Shown here piece by piece: positions 17,377-26,743 of a DNA stretch of 64,000 nucleotides. A model generated the notes under the pieces. That model was not told the origin of the DNA. It worked only from the letters and a program-made list of their open reading frames with translations, and made no database searches. The DNA comes from a virus (taxonomy: Duplodnaviria > Caudoviricetes): the IMG/VR virus record IMGVR_UViG_3300021399_000133, positions 1-64,000 of that record, one strand, 5' to 3'. The first letter of the stretch is position 1, and the number at the start of each line of letters is the position of its first letter. The position numbers and the translations under genes were made by a program.

Positions 17377-17856
17377 ATGATTATTTTAAAACAACACAAC
17401 TTCTCTGATGACGAGAAAAAGGTTTCATTAAAGCATGTAGGCAGTCATAGAGGAATGCGACGTGCTCTTGGTCTTGGTGATCCTTTTGGTGTAGGTGTTT
17501 CCGCAGGAGTAAAAAAAGCCAATAAACTTGACGAAGAAGGTAAAAGTGATGAAGAAATTTTAAGAGGTGCTAAAAAAGCAGCTGCTAAGAAGGGTGCACT
17601 AGTTAATGGTGCTCTTACTGGTGGTACTCTTGGTACTCTTGGTGGTTTAGCTGGTGCTGCTGCTAGTTATTACCTTACAAAAGGCAAAATAAAACCTGCT
17701 CATGTACTGAAAGGTGCTGGAATTGGGGCTGCAGTTGGTGCTGGAGTAGGTGCAGGCGCTGGTGCTACTGGTGGCTATTTTGGTGCTAAGAAGAATACTG
17801 AAGATCGTTTAGCTAAGCGTAAGGCACTTCAGGAGGAAATTAATAAAAAGAAATAA
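17377..17856 (+). CDS. motif-bearing Gly-zipper protein (SHRG/GAKKN family; start revised to 17377)
   Basis: MIILKQHNFSDDE; SHRG..R.LG; GAKKN. Confidence 0.78.
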   Translation: MIILKQHNFSDDEKKVSLKHVGSHRGMRRALGLGDPFGVGVSAGVKKANKLDEEGKSDEEILRGAKKAAAKKGALVNGALTGGTLGTLGGLAGAAASYYLTKGKIKPAHVLKGAGIGAAVGAGVGAGAGATGGYFGAKKNTEDRLAKRKALQEEINKKK

Positions 17857-17898
17857 TTGACTCGAGTTTTCTTTTGTCATACTATAAAATATTCCTTA

Positions 17899-17953
17899 TC
17901 CCGGGACGAGTCTGAAATAAGGTCTCTACTATTCGATTAGATTCCGGGAGCTA
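17899..17953 (+). ncRNA. 55-nt tRNA-mimic element, copy C
   Basis: tcccgggac/attccggga; gagtct-GAAATAA-ggtctc; cta-TTCGAT-tag (compensatory versus ctg/cag); g-CTA. Confidence 0.75.
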
Positions 17954-18043
17954 AATCAAGTCATTTTTCTAGATAACAGTGGAGAGAAATTTGGCTTTTA
18001 CTTTATATTAAACTCTTTAAACTCCATTGATTTCATTTAAACT

Positions 18044-18226
18044 ATGAAGAAAGCAGTTATTTCATTGTTTTGCCTTCTTACTCTTTCTGTTGTTCTTGGC
18101 TCTTGCAAAGGTAGTTGTAAGGGCGAGGTCTCCAATGACAGTGATAGTGTAGTATTGGTAGACAGTGATACAATTATTGAAGTCGATAGTGTTGTAGTAG
18201 ATTCAGTTGTTTCTGACTCTATTTAA
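18044..18226 (+). CDS. small lipoprotein (Bacteroidota-type)
   Basis: signal peptide MKKAVISLFCLLTLSVVLGS-C followed by acidic DS-repeat tail (VDSVVVDSVVSDSI). Confidence 0.75.
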   Translation: MKKAVISLFCLLTLSVVLGSCKGSCKGEVSNDSDSVVLVDSDTIIEVDSVVVDSVVSDSI

Positions 18227-18348
18227 CTCTTTCGGGCTGAACTAGGGATCAAAAGAGGTGTGCTGAATTTATGGCATACTCCTTTCCCTAGACCTTTATA
18301 GTTTAGTTAAGTTTGTCCTCTATTTTTTATTTGAAATCATATTCTTCT

Positions 18349-18396
18349 TCCCTATCCGACTTTAAGTCTACCCTTTGATGTGGAGATAGGGAACAA
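18349..18396 (+). ncRNA. truncated tRNA-mimic element, copy E
   Basis: tccctatcc/agataggga; shortened middle arm gact-tta-agtc; ccc-TTTGAT-gtgg; a-CAA. Confidence 0.5.
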
Positions 18397-18441
18397 AGCA
18401 TAACAAAACATCGTCATTAACCATTTAATTTTTAGATAATT

Positions 18442-18522
18442 ATGACGGAGTTTATTACATTCTTTTCGGCTATCTTAGTGGCTATTAGTGTTATTTATGC
18501 TAATTATTTCACAATAGGTAGT
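18442..18522 (+). CDS. 26-aa hydrophobic peptide missed by ORF track
   Basis: MTEFITFFSAILVAISVIYANYFHNR*; aattATG context typical of this genome. Confidence 0.45.
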
Positions 18523-18605
18523 CGTTAAAAACATCAAGACATTTTAATTTAGCCGAGATTGAGTTATATTAGTCTTGGTCGATAAATATTAATCACGATA
18601 ATAAA

Positions 18606-19835
18606 ATGAAGGTAAAGTGTCGAATTTTATCGTTCGAAACTCCTGCCAGTGATAAGAGTCGTGTTCCATATGAGGTAATTTCTTCTTACATTAACAGTCA
18701 GGCATGTAAGGAGGATATTGCTAATAGAATAATGTTAGGAACTCTTACTCATCGTTCTCGTGCTATTCAGGCTGTTTTCCCAGATAATCCCACATTATCT
18801 AAGACAGTTGGTAAGGATGATAGCATGTTGATTGTAGATGATAAAGCTCCGACACCCACACATTACGTCAGTGATCTTTGGTTGGAGAAGGACGGTTGGT
18901 TGTGGGGAACATTAACGATTCTTGATACTGAAGGCTTAGACGATAGAGCAGTTCAGAACATCAAGCGTCTTCGTGGTTTATTGAAGCAAGGCATTAAGCT
19001 TACAATTTCTTGTGTTCTTCTTGGTTATTGGAAGTCGACGAATGGAGGTGATGAACTTTCCAAGCTTCAGTCGTTGAAATCTTGTGACTTTACTATGAAT
19101 CCAAGTTGGGGTAAGAAGGCTGCTGTTGTAGATATAATTAATGAAGAGGGTGATTATGAGTCAGAGGGTGAAAGGTCTTACTCTGATCTTGAAGACGGAA
19201 AAATGTATGTAAAGACTTTTTCAGCAACTGATAGTGTCTGTGCAGGTTATCCAAAGTCTTCAAAGATTAATAATGAATTTACGACCCTCAAGGCTAAATG
19301 TTTTTCGACTTGTGCTGAAGTAACTGACATTGTAGAAGAGGAGTCTGTTCCGGTTCAAAAGGAATACTCCATTGCCAGTGTTAAGGAGAGATTGCGTGAG
19401 GCTAAGTATTCTCCTCGTGTATTTTTCAGGAAGACCATTTTATCATATAAGCAAGTAGTTAAATCTCTTGGTGATAGGATGGATGAAGAGACTAAGGGAA
19501 TATTGAAGGGAATGTTTACTAATGATATTCTTTTTGTTATTCAGCGTATTTCTCCTCAGGTTATTCAGGGTAAGTCATTAATGGCATTGCTTGGCGCTGG
19601 TGCATTGGGTAAAAATGTTCGTCAAGCAGCACAAAAGTTACAGATCCCATATAGGTTTGCTTTTAATGAGTTGACTAAACAGGGCTTTGTTAGTAAGAAT
19701 CGTTATCAAAAGCTTCAGACTGCATATATGGAGTTTATTAATTCCTTGTGTGATGAAGTTTTTAATAATCCTCATGCTCCTGTTGTTGAAGAAGGGGATG
19801 AGAGTGAGCAGAATAATGAAGAAACAGAAGGATAA
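18606..19835 (+). CDS. prohead maturation protease (T4 gp21-like) with C-terminal extension
   Basis: GTLTH (His), LTISCVLLG (Ser), SCDFTMNPS (Asp); immediately upstream of core and capsid genes. Confidence 0.85.
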   Translation: MKVKCRILSFETPASDKSRVPYEVISSYINSQACKEDIANRIMLGTLTHRSRAIQAVFPDNPTLSKTVGKDDSMLIVDDKAPTPTHYVSDLWLEKDGWLWGTLTILDTEGLDDRAVQNIKRLRGLLKQGIKLTISCVLLGYWKSTNGGDELSKLQSLKSCDFTMNPSWGKKAAVVDIINEEGDYESEGERSYSDLEDGKMYVKTFSATDSVCAGYPKSSKINNEFTTLKAKCFSTCAEVTDIVEEESVPVQKEYSIASVKERLREAKYSPRVFFRKTILSYKQVVKSLGDRMDEETKGILKGMFTNDILFVIQRISPQVIQGKSLMALLGAGALGKNVRQAAQKLQIPYRFAFNELTKQGFVSKNRYQKLQTAYMEFINSLCDEVFNNPHAPVVEEGDESEQNNEETEG

Positions 19836-19837
19836 TT

Positions 19838-20698
19838 ATGGCTAGAGTTAAGTTATTTTCAAGTTCCGCGCCAACAGTTATCCGTCGTAGAAAATTGTTT
19901 TGCGCAGAAGAAGAGAATCCTGGAACGACGGTATTAGAGTGCGCGGATTGTGGATATAAATTTGAAACTACTGCTCATACTACGTCTCAGATTTGTCCTA
20001 GGTGTGGTGGATTGAGATTTAATGTAGTTCGTACGTTTTTCTCCAATAATTCATCTACTCCTGAGCCAGTTGAAGAGGCGGCAGAAGGTAAGCAAAGAGT
20101 AGGTTTATATTCTACGTTGCCTGGGGAAGAGGAAGCATTTCAGAAGACTTTTTCCGAGACAACAGACGAGTTTGAATTGAAGTTAAAGGAATTCTCTGGT
20201 AAAACATTTAAAGAGGAAGATATAGAAAAGACGTTTGGTTGCACCTCTGACGAACTTTTGGATAAGGGTTTTGCTGAGGTTAATGATAATGGTGATATTC
20301 ATGTTTTGGATACTGCTTTTATGCAATCTCGTTTATTTTCAAAGATCTTGGTAAAAGTCACTAAGGTTTTTGAGCTTGATCCAGAGGTAGTTGGGGCATA
20401 TGGAGCTAAGAAAGAAGCTATCCTTGACTCTTTGGAAGATAAGATTTCTCCTCGTGGTGTTATTGTTTTAAAGAAGGCTCATGGTTTTGATACCGTTAAG
20501 GCAGAAGACGATTGGGCCAAAACGAGCGGAATAATTAATGATCTTCCCCTAGAATTTGGTGGTTCTGAGAGGGACTATGAGGGTTTTAAGAAGATTATAG
20601 ATACTAGATACCCAGATGCTCCAGAAGGAATTATGGACTTATTGAAAAATAGGGGTGTAATTTCCATTTCTGGTAATACGGTCAGGGTGTTGAAATAA
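19838..20698 (+). CDS. prohead core protein with zinc ribbon
   Basis: CADC..CPRCGG; motifs VKLFS, RKLFC, TFFS, QKTFS, KEFS, SRLFS. Confidence 0.7.
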   Translation: MARVKLFSSSAPTVIRRRKLFCAEEENPGTTVLECADCGYKFETTAHTTSQICPRCGGLRFNVVRTFFSNNSSTPEPVEEAAEGKQRVGLYSTLPGEEEAFQKTFSETTDEFELKLKEFSGKTFKEEDIEKTFGCTSDELLDKGFAEVNDNGDIHVLDTAFMQSRLFSKILVKVTKVFELDPEVVGAYGAKKEAILDSLEDKISPRGVIVLKKAHGFDTVKAEDDWAKTSGIINDLPLEFGGSERDYEGFKKIIDTRYPDAPEGIMDLLKNRGVISISGNTVRVLK

Positions 20699-20725
20699 AA
20701 TAATTAATCTCTAATTTTGAAAAAG

Positions 20726-22936
20726 ATGGTTACTACTTTTATGAGCCGTATGTTTAGTGCCTCTGCTGATGAGGAGCAGGAAGTTCTCGAGCAGACAGCA
20801 AAGGACATTGAGGCAGCTAAAGAGTCCGGTAAGGTTGTTGATAATGACAATCAGCTGGAATATGTAAACCTTGGTGAGGGTGTTGTTCAGGTAACAGACC
20901 TTGGCCATGGTGGTGAAATTACGCTTGTATCTCAGGCAGAAGATGGCAACTATGATCTCGAACCTGGTAATCCCGCAGTTCAGTCTGAGCAGATTGAGGG
21001 CTACTTGCATCCGGAAGTGGGTGACACTGTAGAAGTCGGTGCTCAAGAAGGTGCTCCAGATGAAAAGGTTGAGGATCATATGAATGGTGCTGGCGTAATT
21101 GCACCAAATAAAGCTAATGGCGGTTTGAATCCTGAGGCCGGCCAGGAAGCTACAGTAGAAGAAAATGCTGAAACAGGAGAAGGGCGCCAGATTGTTGAAG
21201 GTGGCGAAAGCTCATGTCCTGAGGAGGATGACGAAGAAAGAGAATTTAGCGTATCAACAGACAATAGTGTAGTTCTGCGCATTTTCTCTGATCAGGCTTA
21301 TTGTGAGAGAATTTTCTCTGATTGCATCGAGTGTGACGAATCTGCTAAGGTTGGTAACTTGGTTATCGAGAAGGTAGAGGACGAAGATGCTGTTATTGTC
21401 AAGGATGTTGAGACAGGTGATGCCGCTAAGGTTACTCTGGACGACGAAAATCTAGACGTACAGGAACTCGATCAGAAGGAACTCTCTAAGTATTACAGTG
21501 AAGACGAAGACGAGGATGAGGATGAGGAGGACGAGGAATATGCTGGTGCTCCCGCTGCTCCAGGTGCAGAGGAAGAGTTTGATGCTCTCCATGTAGTTGG
21601 TGTTGATCCTATTAATCATATTATTGTAGACGCTCCAGTTTACAGTGAGGAAGATGCACAGGATCTCGTTGGTCGTCTTGAGGAAGATGGTGTTTCGGGT
21701 GTTTCTGTATTTGAATGCCCAAGTGAAGCACGTGATTATGCTATCGATCTTTTGAACAATCTTGGTGCTGAGTCTGAAGATGACGTTGAGGAGCCCGAGC
21801 AGGTAGAGTATAGTGATCATACTATCTTTGTTACTCGTTTCTACAGCGACCACACAGACTACATGATGAAGATCTTCTCTGAGGCAGCTGATGGTGTATC
21901 TGCTTCTCAGGATGTTATCGAGGATGCTATCGAGAATGGTGACGAAATTGAAGTAGACGGTGAAATCATTACTCCTGTTGATGCTACTACTGCAGTGGTT
22001 GAGGATAAGGAGAATGGTGAGTTTACTAAGGTTACTCTCGATGGTGAAGAAATGAATCTTGACCCAATCACAGAATCTGAGGCTGAGGAACTTACTGAAG
22101 ACTTGGCTGTTTCTGAGGATGGTGAAGATGAGGATGAACCCGAAACAGAAGAGGAAGTAGAAGATGATGCAGAGGCTGAGGATGAAGAGGAAGATGCTGA
22201 TGACGCAGATGAGAATAATGAGGACGATGAAGAGGAAAAGAAATTCTCTGAGGAAGATCTGACCGACTATATGATTCGTATGTTCTCTGAAGATTCTGAG
22301 TCTAGCCAAAATGATATTGAAGATGCTATTGAAAGTGGTGAGCAGATTGAGAATAATACAGAGGTAATTACTCCTGTTGATGCTACTACTGCTGTTATCG
22401 AGGACAAGGAGAGTGGTGAGTTTACTAAGGCTACTATTCTTGATGAAGATAACATGGATATCTCTCCAATTTCAGAAGAAGAGGCAGATGAACTTACCGA
22501 AGACCTGGCTGTTGAGGACAGTGAAGGTGAGGATGAGGATGAGGATGAAGAGGAGAAGAAGTACTCCGAGGATCCCGTTCTTGATGATTTCTTCACTAAG
22601 GCTTTCAATGAACTGAATGCAGCAGAACAGGAAGTAATTCAGGCAGTTCGTGATCCTCAGACAGGCGAACTTGTACCTCTCAACCCCGAACCAGAGGGTG
22701 AGGAAGTAGTTCCAAGTCTTGAGGCTATTGAAGATAAAGCTCTCCAGGCAGTTCAGTCTATCCAGGAAGCAGCAGCAGAGGCTAGTGCTCAAATTATTGA
22801 AGCAAAGCAAACTCCAGCTGTTGAGGAGCAGGAAGATCTCCAGGAGGCACAGTTCTCTGAGGGTGAAGAAAGAACCTTCAGTGATAGCGAGGACACACTC
22901 GTATCTTGGTTCAAAGGCAACTCGCTTTTGAAATAA
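20726..22936 (+). CDS. acidic prohead scaffold/core protein with internal repeats
   Basis: extremely Glu/Asp-rich, directly upstream of the capsid gene; repeated ~65-aa domain; about 14 x-x-[FY]S-[EDAV]-like sites. Confidence 0.82.
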   Translation: MVTTFMSRMFSASADEEQEVLEQTAKDIEAAKESGKVVDNDNQLEYVNLGEGVVQVTDLGHGGEITLVSQAEDGNYDLEPGNPAVQSEQIEGYLHPEVGDTVEVGAQEGAPDEKVEDHMNGAGVIAPNKANGGLNPEAGQEATVEENAETGEGRQIVEGGESSCPEEDDEEREFSVSTDNSVVLRIFSDQAYCERIFSDCIECDESAKVGNLVIEKVEDEDAVIVKDVETGDAAKVTLDDENLDVQELDQKELSKYYSEDEDEDEDEEDEEYAGAPAAPGAEEEFDALHVVGVDPINHIIVDAPVYSEEDAQDLVGRLEEDGVSGVSVFECPSEARDYAIDLLNNLGAESEDDVEEPEQVEYSDHTIFVTRFYSDHTDYMMKIFSEAADGVSASQDVIEDAIENGDEIEVDGEIITPVDATTAVVEDKENGEFTKVTLDGEEMNLDPITESEAEELTEDLAVSEDGEDEDEPETEEEVEDDAEAEDEEEDADDADENNEDDEEEKKFSEEDLTDYMIRMFSEDSESSQNDIEDAIESGEQIENNTEVITPVDATTAVIEDKESGEFTKATILDEDNMDISPISEEEADELTEDLAVEDSEGEDEDEDEEEKKYSEDPVLDDFFTKAFNELNAAEQEVIQAVRDPQTGELVPLNPEPEGEEVVPSLEAIEDKALQAVQSIQEAAAEASAQIIEAKQTPAVEEQEDLQEAQFSEGEERTFSDSEDTLVSWFKGNSLLK

Positions 22937-22965
22937 AATAACTTATTAAATTGATAATTCATAAT

Positions 22966-24414
22966 ATGAATAACTCTTATTTGCAGGCCATGCAGACTCC
23001 CGCTATGATGGAGGCTCTGGTAAACAGTTCTGTATCTCAGGATGATGCTAATCTTCGTCTTCGTGAGTATGCTAAGATGTTCTCTCGTAATGAAGAGGAT
23101 ATGGAAATCTTTGGTATTGGCAATCGTCCTAACCTCCTTCAGAAGACTTTCTCTGGCTATGCTGAAACTCCTCTGTTGAGCACACAGTATTTCAATGCAT
23201 CTGTTGCTTCTTACGTAAGCTCATTTGCAGGTTATATGTCTATCGAGCGTGACTTTGATCAGCCTAACGGTCTGTTCTATTGGTTCGACGTTCTTGGCGT
23301 AACTGACAACCGTTCTGTTATTCCTAACCTGGGTCCCGATAACTATCAGGATATCCAGACTATGGGCGGCTTCAACCTTGACCTGACTCCTGCTGCTCGT
23401 GCAGACTGGAATGCTCTGGTTGGTCGTAAGATTATTCCTGGTACAGTTCGTGTTAAGATCCAGACTGCTACTGAGAAGTTTGAGCTGATCGATAATGGTC
23501 AGGGTGCATTCATGGCTGTTGCTGGTAAGATCACTGATGGTACTATCAACTACCTGAACGGTCGTATCGACTTCACTCTTACTACTGCTCTGAGTGGTGA
23601 TCCTGCAACTGAATCTATCACTATCGTAGGTAAGGAAGATGTTACTGGTACTCCTTGCAATACTGTAGGTGCTAGCAATGCTCATGCTAATGACAAGCGT
23701 TTTATCGCTAAGCAGCAGCAACTTGGTCTCTCGACTGTTCCTGATATGCTCGTTGCTGAATTCAACATTGCTGCTCTCGGTGCAATGAAGAAGGCTACTG
23801 GTGCTGACATGGCTACCTTCCTCTTCACTAAGCTTCGTGAGCTCTATACTAAGGCTATCAACTACAAGCTCGTTTCTACTCTTGAAGAGTATTATACTGG
23901 TGACACTTTGGTTGACCTTGATCTGTCTCAGGCTGCCGTTACTGGTCAGTTCTATGATTATCGTTCTAGAGTAGACCTCTTTGACGCTTATCTGGTGAAC
24001 GTAGAAAGCTACCTCGCTCAGAAGGCTGTTAAGGGTGTTACTACTACCGCTTATGTAGCTGGTGCTAATGCAGCTAATCAGTTCCAGAAGGGTGGTATCA
24101 ATGGTAAGTGGAAGAAGAACACTAAGATGACTTACATCAACGACCTCCTTGGTTGGTATGATGGCGTTCCAGTTCTCCGTTCTACTGACATCGCTGAGAA
24201 TGCAGGTGAAGGCACATTCTATGCTATCCATAAGACTGCTGATGGTCAGATGGCTCCTCTGGCACGTGGTATCTACATGCCTCTGACTGATACTCCTACT
24301 GTTGGTAACTACAATAACCCAACTCAGATGGCAGCTGGTATCTACTACCAGGAAGGTACTAAGTATCTTGCTCCTGAGCTGGCCCAGAAGGTTACCTTCA
24401 AGATGGGTATCTAA
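22966..24414 (+). CDS. major capsid protein (T4 gp23-like); start revised to ATG 22966
   Basis: size and position; EFNIAALGAMKKATGADM..LRELYTKAINYKLV blocks; strong codon bias; followed by terminator. Confidence 0.9.
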   Translation: MNNSYLQAMQTPAMMEALVNSSVSQDDANLRLREYAKMFSRNEEDMEIFGIGNRPNLLQKTFSGYAETPLLSTQYFNASVASYVSSFAGYMSIERDFDQPNGLFYWFDVLGVTDNRSVIPNLGPDNYQDIQTMGGFNLDLTPAARADWNALVGRKIIPGTVRVKIQTATEKFELIDNGQGAFMAVAGKITDGTINYLNGRIDFTLTTALSGDPATESITIVGKEDVTGTPCNTVGASNAHANDKRFIAKQQQLGLSTVPDMLVAEFNIAALGAMKKATGADMATFLFTKLRELYTKAINYKLVSTLEEYYTGDTLVDLDLSQAAVTGQFYDYRSRVDLFDAYLVNVESYLAQKAVKGVTTTAYVAGANAANQFQKGGINGKWKKNTKMTYINDLLGWYDGVPVLRSTDIAENAGEGTFYAIHKTADGQMAPLARGIYMPLTDTPTVGNYNNPTQMAAGIYYQEGTKYLAPELAQKVTFKMGI

Positions 24415-24463
24415 TAAAGGATTCTTTGGGACTTAGTTTCCCCTCAAGATAAAGAATTTCTCT

Positions 24464-24512
24464 AAGGGAGGGACTGTCTATTTAACCGTAGATGGTTCCT
24501 CTCTTTGTTTTT
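24464..24512 (+). terminator. intrinsic terminator after capsid gene
   Basis: 17-bp stem aagggagggactgtcta/tagatggttcctctctt (with G.U pairs) plus T tract. Confidence 0.85.
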
Positions 24513-24527
24513 AATACTCTATAGATA

Positions 24528-24752
24528 ATGGCTACTTACAGATTAAAAAGAAAAATGTTTGATGTAAGTGATGGAGTTAAAAAGGGTGCAATGGTCGGAG
24601 GACTGGTTGGAGGCTTAGCCGGAATGGTTGGCGGTCCAGTGGCGTCATTAGCCGGTAGCGCAGCAGGAGCCGTTGCTGGAACAGTTCCAGGCGCTGTTAT
24701 TGGTGGTATCTCTGGTGTAGGTGATTCCATTAAGGAGGACTTTAAAAAATAA
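24528..24752 (+). CDS. 74-aa motif-bearing Gly-zipper peptide
   Basis: MATYRLKRKMFD; GGLVGGLAGMVGGPVASLAGSAAGAVAG. Confidence 0.75.
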   Translation: MATYRLKRKMFDVSDGVKKGAMVGGLVGGLAGMVGGPVASLAGSAAGAVAGTVPGAVIGGISGVGDSIKEDFKK

Positions 24753-24758
24753 ATTTAT

Positions 24759-25283
24759 ATGGCAAGTACTTTTACTTTAAAAAGAAAATTATATAGTGCT
24801 CCCTCTAGAATTAAGCTGTTCTCTGATGAAGATAATCAAAAAAGTGGGCTTAGTACTGGAGCTAAAGTTGGTTTGGGAGCCCTTGCCACTCTTGGTACTG
24901 CTGCAGCTGCGTTCGGTGGAGCTAAATCAGGTCTTTTTGGTGCTAAAGCAATGAGATCAACTAATATGGGCGTACAACGGTTAGGTGCTTCACTGAAGAA
25001 AAATGGCTTAGGTAAAATTGGTGAATCTGTTTATCAAAGTGGCAAACAGGGTGTAGCCGATGCAAACTATGTACTTCGTGCAAAAAATATTGCGAAGGCA
25101 CAACAGCAAAATCTAGCTAACCGAGCTAAAGCAGCAGGTTTTGATAGTTATAAAGCATATCAAAAATCTGGTAAGGCAGGTATTGATTCACAGGCTGCAA
25201 TTGCTCAGGCACAAAAGATAGGAGAACGAAATCAACTTTGGAAAGAAGCTGCTCAACAATGGCAAGCTAATCCTATAATTTAA
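24759..25283 (+). CDS. motif-bearing protein with Gly/Ala TM segment
   Basis: MASTFTLKRKLYS..IKLFSDE (double motif). Confidence 0.75.
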   Translation: MASTFTLKRKLYSAPSRIKLFSDEDNQKSGLSTGAKVGLGALATLGTAAAAFGGAKSGLFGAKAMRSTNMGVQRLGASLKKNGLGKIGESVYQSGKQGVADANYVLRAKNIAKAQQQNLANRAKAAGFDSYKAYQKSGKAGIDSQAAIAQAQKIGERNQLWKEAAQQWQANPII

Positions 25284-25289
25284 TCTAAA

Positions 25290-26369
25290 ATGAGTGAGAT
25301 AGTTTATAGAGGTCTCAAACTTACCTCTCTTAAAGGTTGTAAATATTTTTCAGTTAAGGAGGGATCCATCTGCTCTTTGGTAGAAAATCCGTCTACATCA
25401 ACACTAACCTTGACCTATACGAGTGGTAGTACTTCTCAATCTCTATCAACTGTTTTAGGAATTCCACAGGTCGGTAAAAGTGTAGAGATGTTACCAACCA
25501 ATATAGCAAAACGATTCTCTACAACAACAGTGTCTCTGAATGGTTTGAAGTTAAGGAAAATGACTTCAGATACACATACGATCAATATTATTATTGTTAG
25601 TGATTCAGAGTCTAGAGTAGTTCAAACTTATAATTATACGACAATTGTAGTGTCTGACGAAGATGCTGAAAATGAAGAGTTTATCAATTATATATTCTAT
25701 TCAGGTAACCTCACATATCTTCAGCCGGTGGGTCCTAAGCCTAAATGTTGGAAGTTTAGAAATTTTCCCAAGATCACTATAAAGGATAAAGATTTAGTTC
25801 TTGAATCTACTTCCACAACTGTTTATTCTCTTCGCCGTCGTTATGATGATTATGTTATTCGAGCAGTTGATTATCAAGACCAATTCATACTAGAGATCCG
25901 AAAAATTCTCAATGATTATGGCTTGGAACTTGTGAGAATGAACAAAGAAACTACTCTAACTAAAACTTCCCACGTTATTTATCAATTTTCTCAAACTCCG
26001 ACAAAAATTCATAATCCTTTCTATGCCAATGAGCTAGATGAGGTTATAAGTCAGAGATTACCTGTCGAATTTTATCTTAGAGCGACAGATATGGTATTGT
26101 TCTTTGACTTTAAAAACAAGTATAATAATGTTGATCTCTTAACTAATTTCTGTGAGTTTAAAACGACAGATAAATATGGAAAGAGGTGGACAGCTGCAAT
26201 AAAGTGGGGAGGAATAACAGAAGATTTCAATCACTTGTATCAGTCGGATGATAACTCTAATTTCTCGTTTCAGTGTTCTTTTAGATGTGAACTTTACTTT
26301 TATGAATGTATTGATTCGAGATATGAGTTCCTGCAAGAGATAATTTTAAATCTTGACTCAGATTTATGA
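25290..26369 (+). CDS. putative tail terminator/neck protein (gp15-like)
   Basis: beta-rich C-terminal half (LPVEFYL..FQCSFRCELYFY); position; inference only. Confidence 0.5.
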   Translation: MSEIVYRGLKLTSLKGCKYFSVKEGSICSLVENPSTSTLTLTYTSGSTSQSLSTVLGIPQVGKSVEMLPTNIAKRFSTTTVSLNGLKLRKMTSDTHTINIIIVSDSESRVVQTYNYTTIVVSDEDAENEEFINYIFYSGNLTYLQPVGPKPKCWKFRNFPKITIKDKDLVLESTSTTVYSLRRRYDDYVIRAVDYQDQFILEIRKILNDYGLELVRMNKETTLTKTSHVIYQFSQTPTKIHNPFYANELDEVISQRLPVEFYLRATDMVLFFDFKNKYNNVDLLTNFCEFKTTDKYGKRWTAAIKWGGITEDFNHLYQSDDNSNFSFQCSFRCELYFYECIDSRYEFLQEIILNLDSDL

Positions 26370-26743
26370 TAACTTTTAGACAGAAAAAGACGCTGGTTCA
26401 AGACTTAATGCCGGAAGCTATTCAATACCTGAAAGATAATGGCATTGATGTAAAGATTATAACTCCGAAGGAAGCTGACGCAGTCTCTAGGGTAAACTCT
26501 AAAGCTATGGTTCTAGTCTCCTTTAAGAAAAACGAGTTGGGTTATTATCAAATACAAGTTCAAGATAAGGAGTTATATAATTACACGCAAAAGTTAATCA
26601 GAGATATTCTTAGGATGAGAATTACAAATATCGATAGAGAGCATAGAGTGATTACTGCCGAATGTGATCATAAAGGCATTGCTCTTGATATTATTGAGGT
26701 TCTCGCTAAGAAGTATGATTTATCAGTTGTTTATAAGAAATGA
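26366..26743 (+). CDS. small globular protein with degenerate motif
   Basis: MITFRQKK; ATGA-coupled. Confidence 0.7.
   Translation: MITFRQKKTLVQDLMPEAIQYLKDNGIDVKIITPKEADAVSRVNSKAMVLVSFKKNELGYYQIQVQDKELYNYTQKLIRDILRMRITNIDREHRVITAECDHKGIALDIIEVLAKKYDLSVVYKK

Noticed and set aside
21452-24231. Long minus-strand ORFs (21452-22309, 23221-24231, and 32371-32925 elsewhere) and other overlapping short ORFs in the track
   Set aside because: They lie antisense to or out of frame within clear, codon-biased structural genes and encode no recognisable motifs; treated as shadow ORFs.
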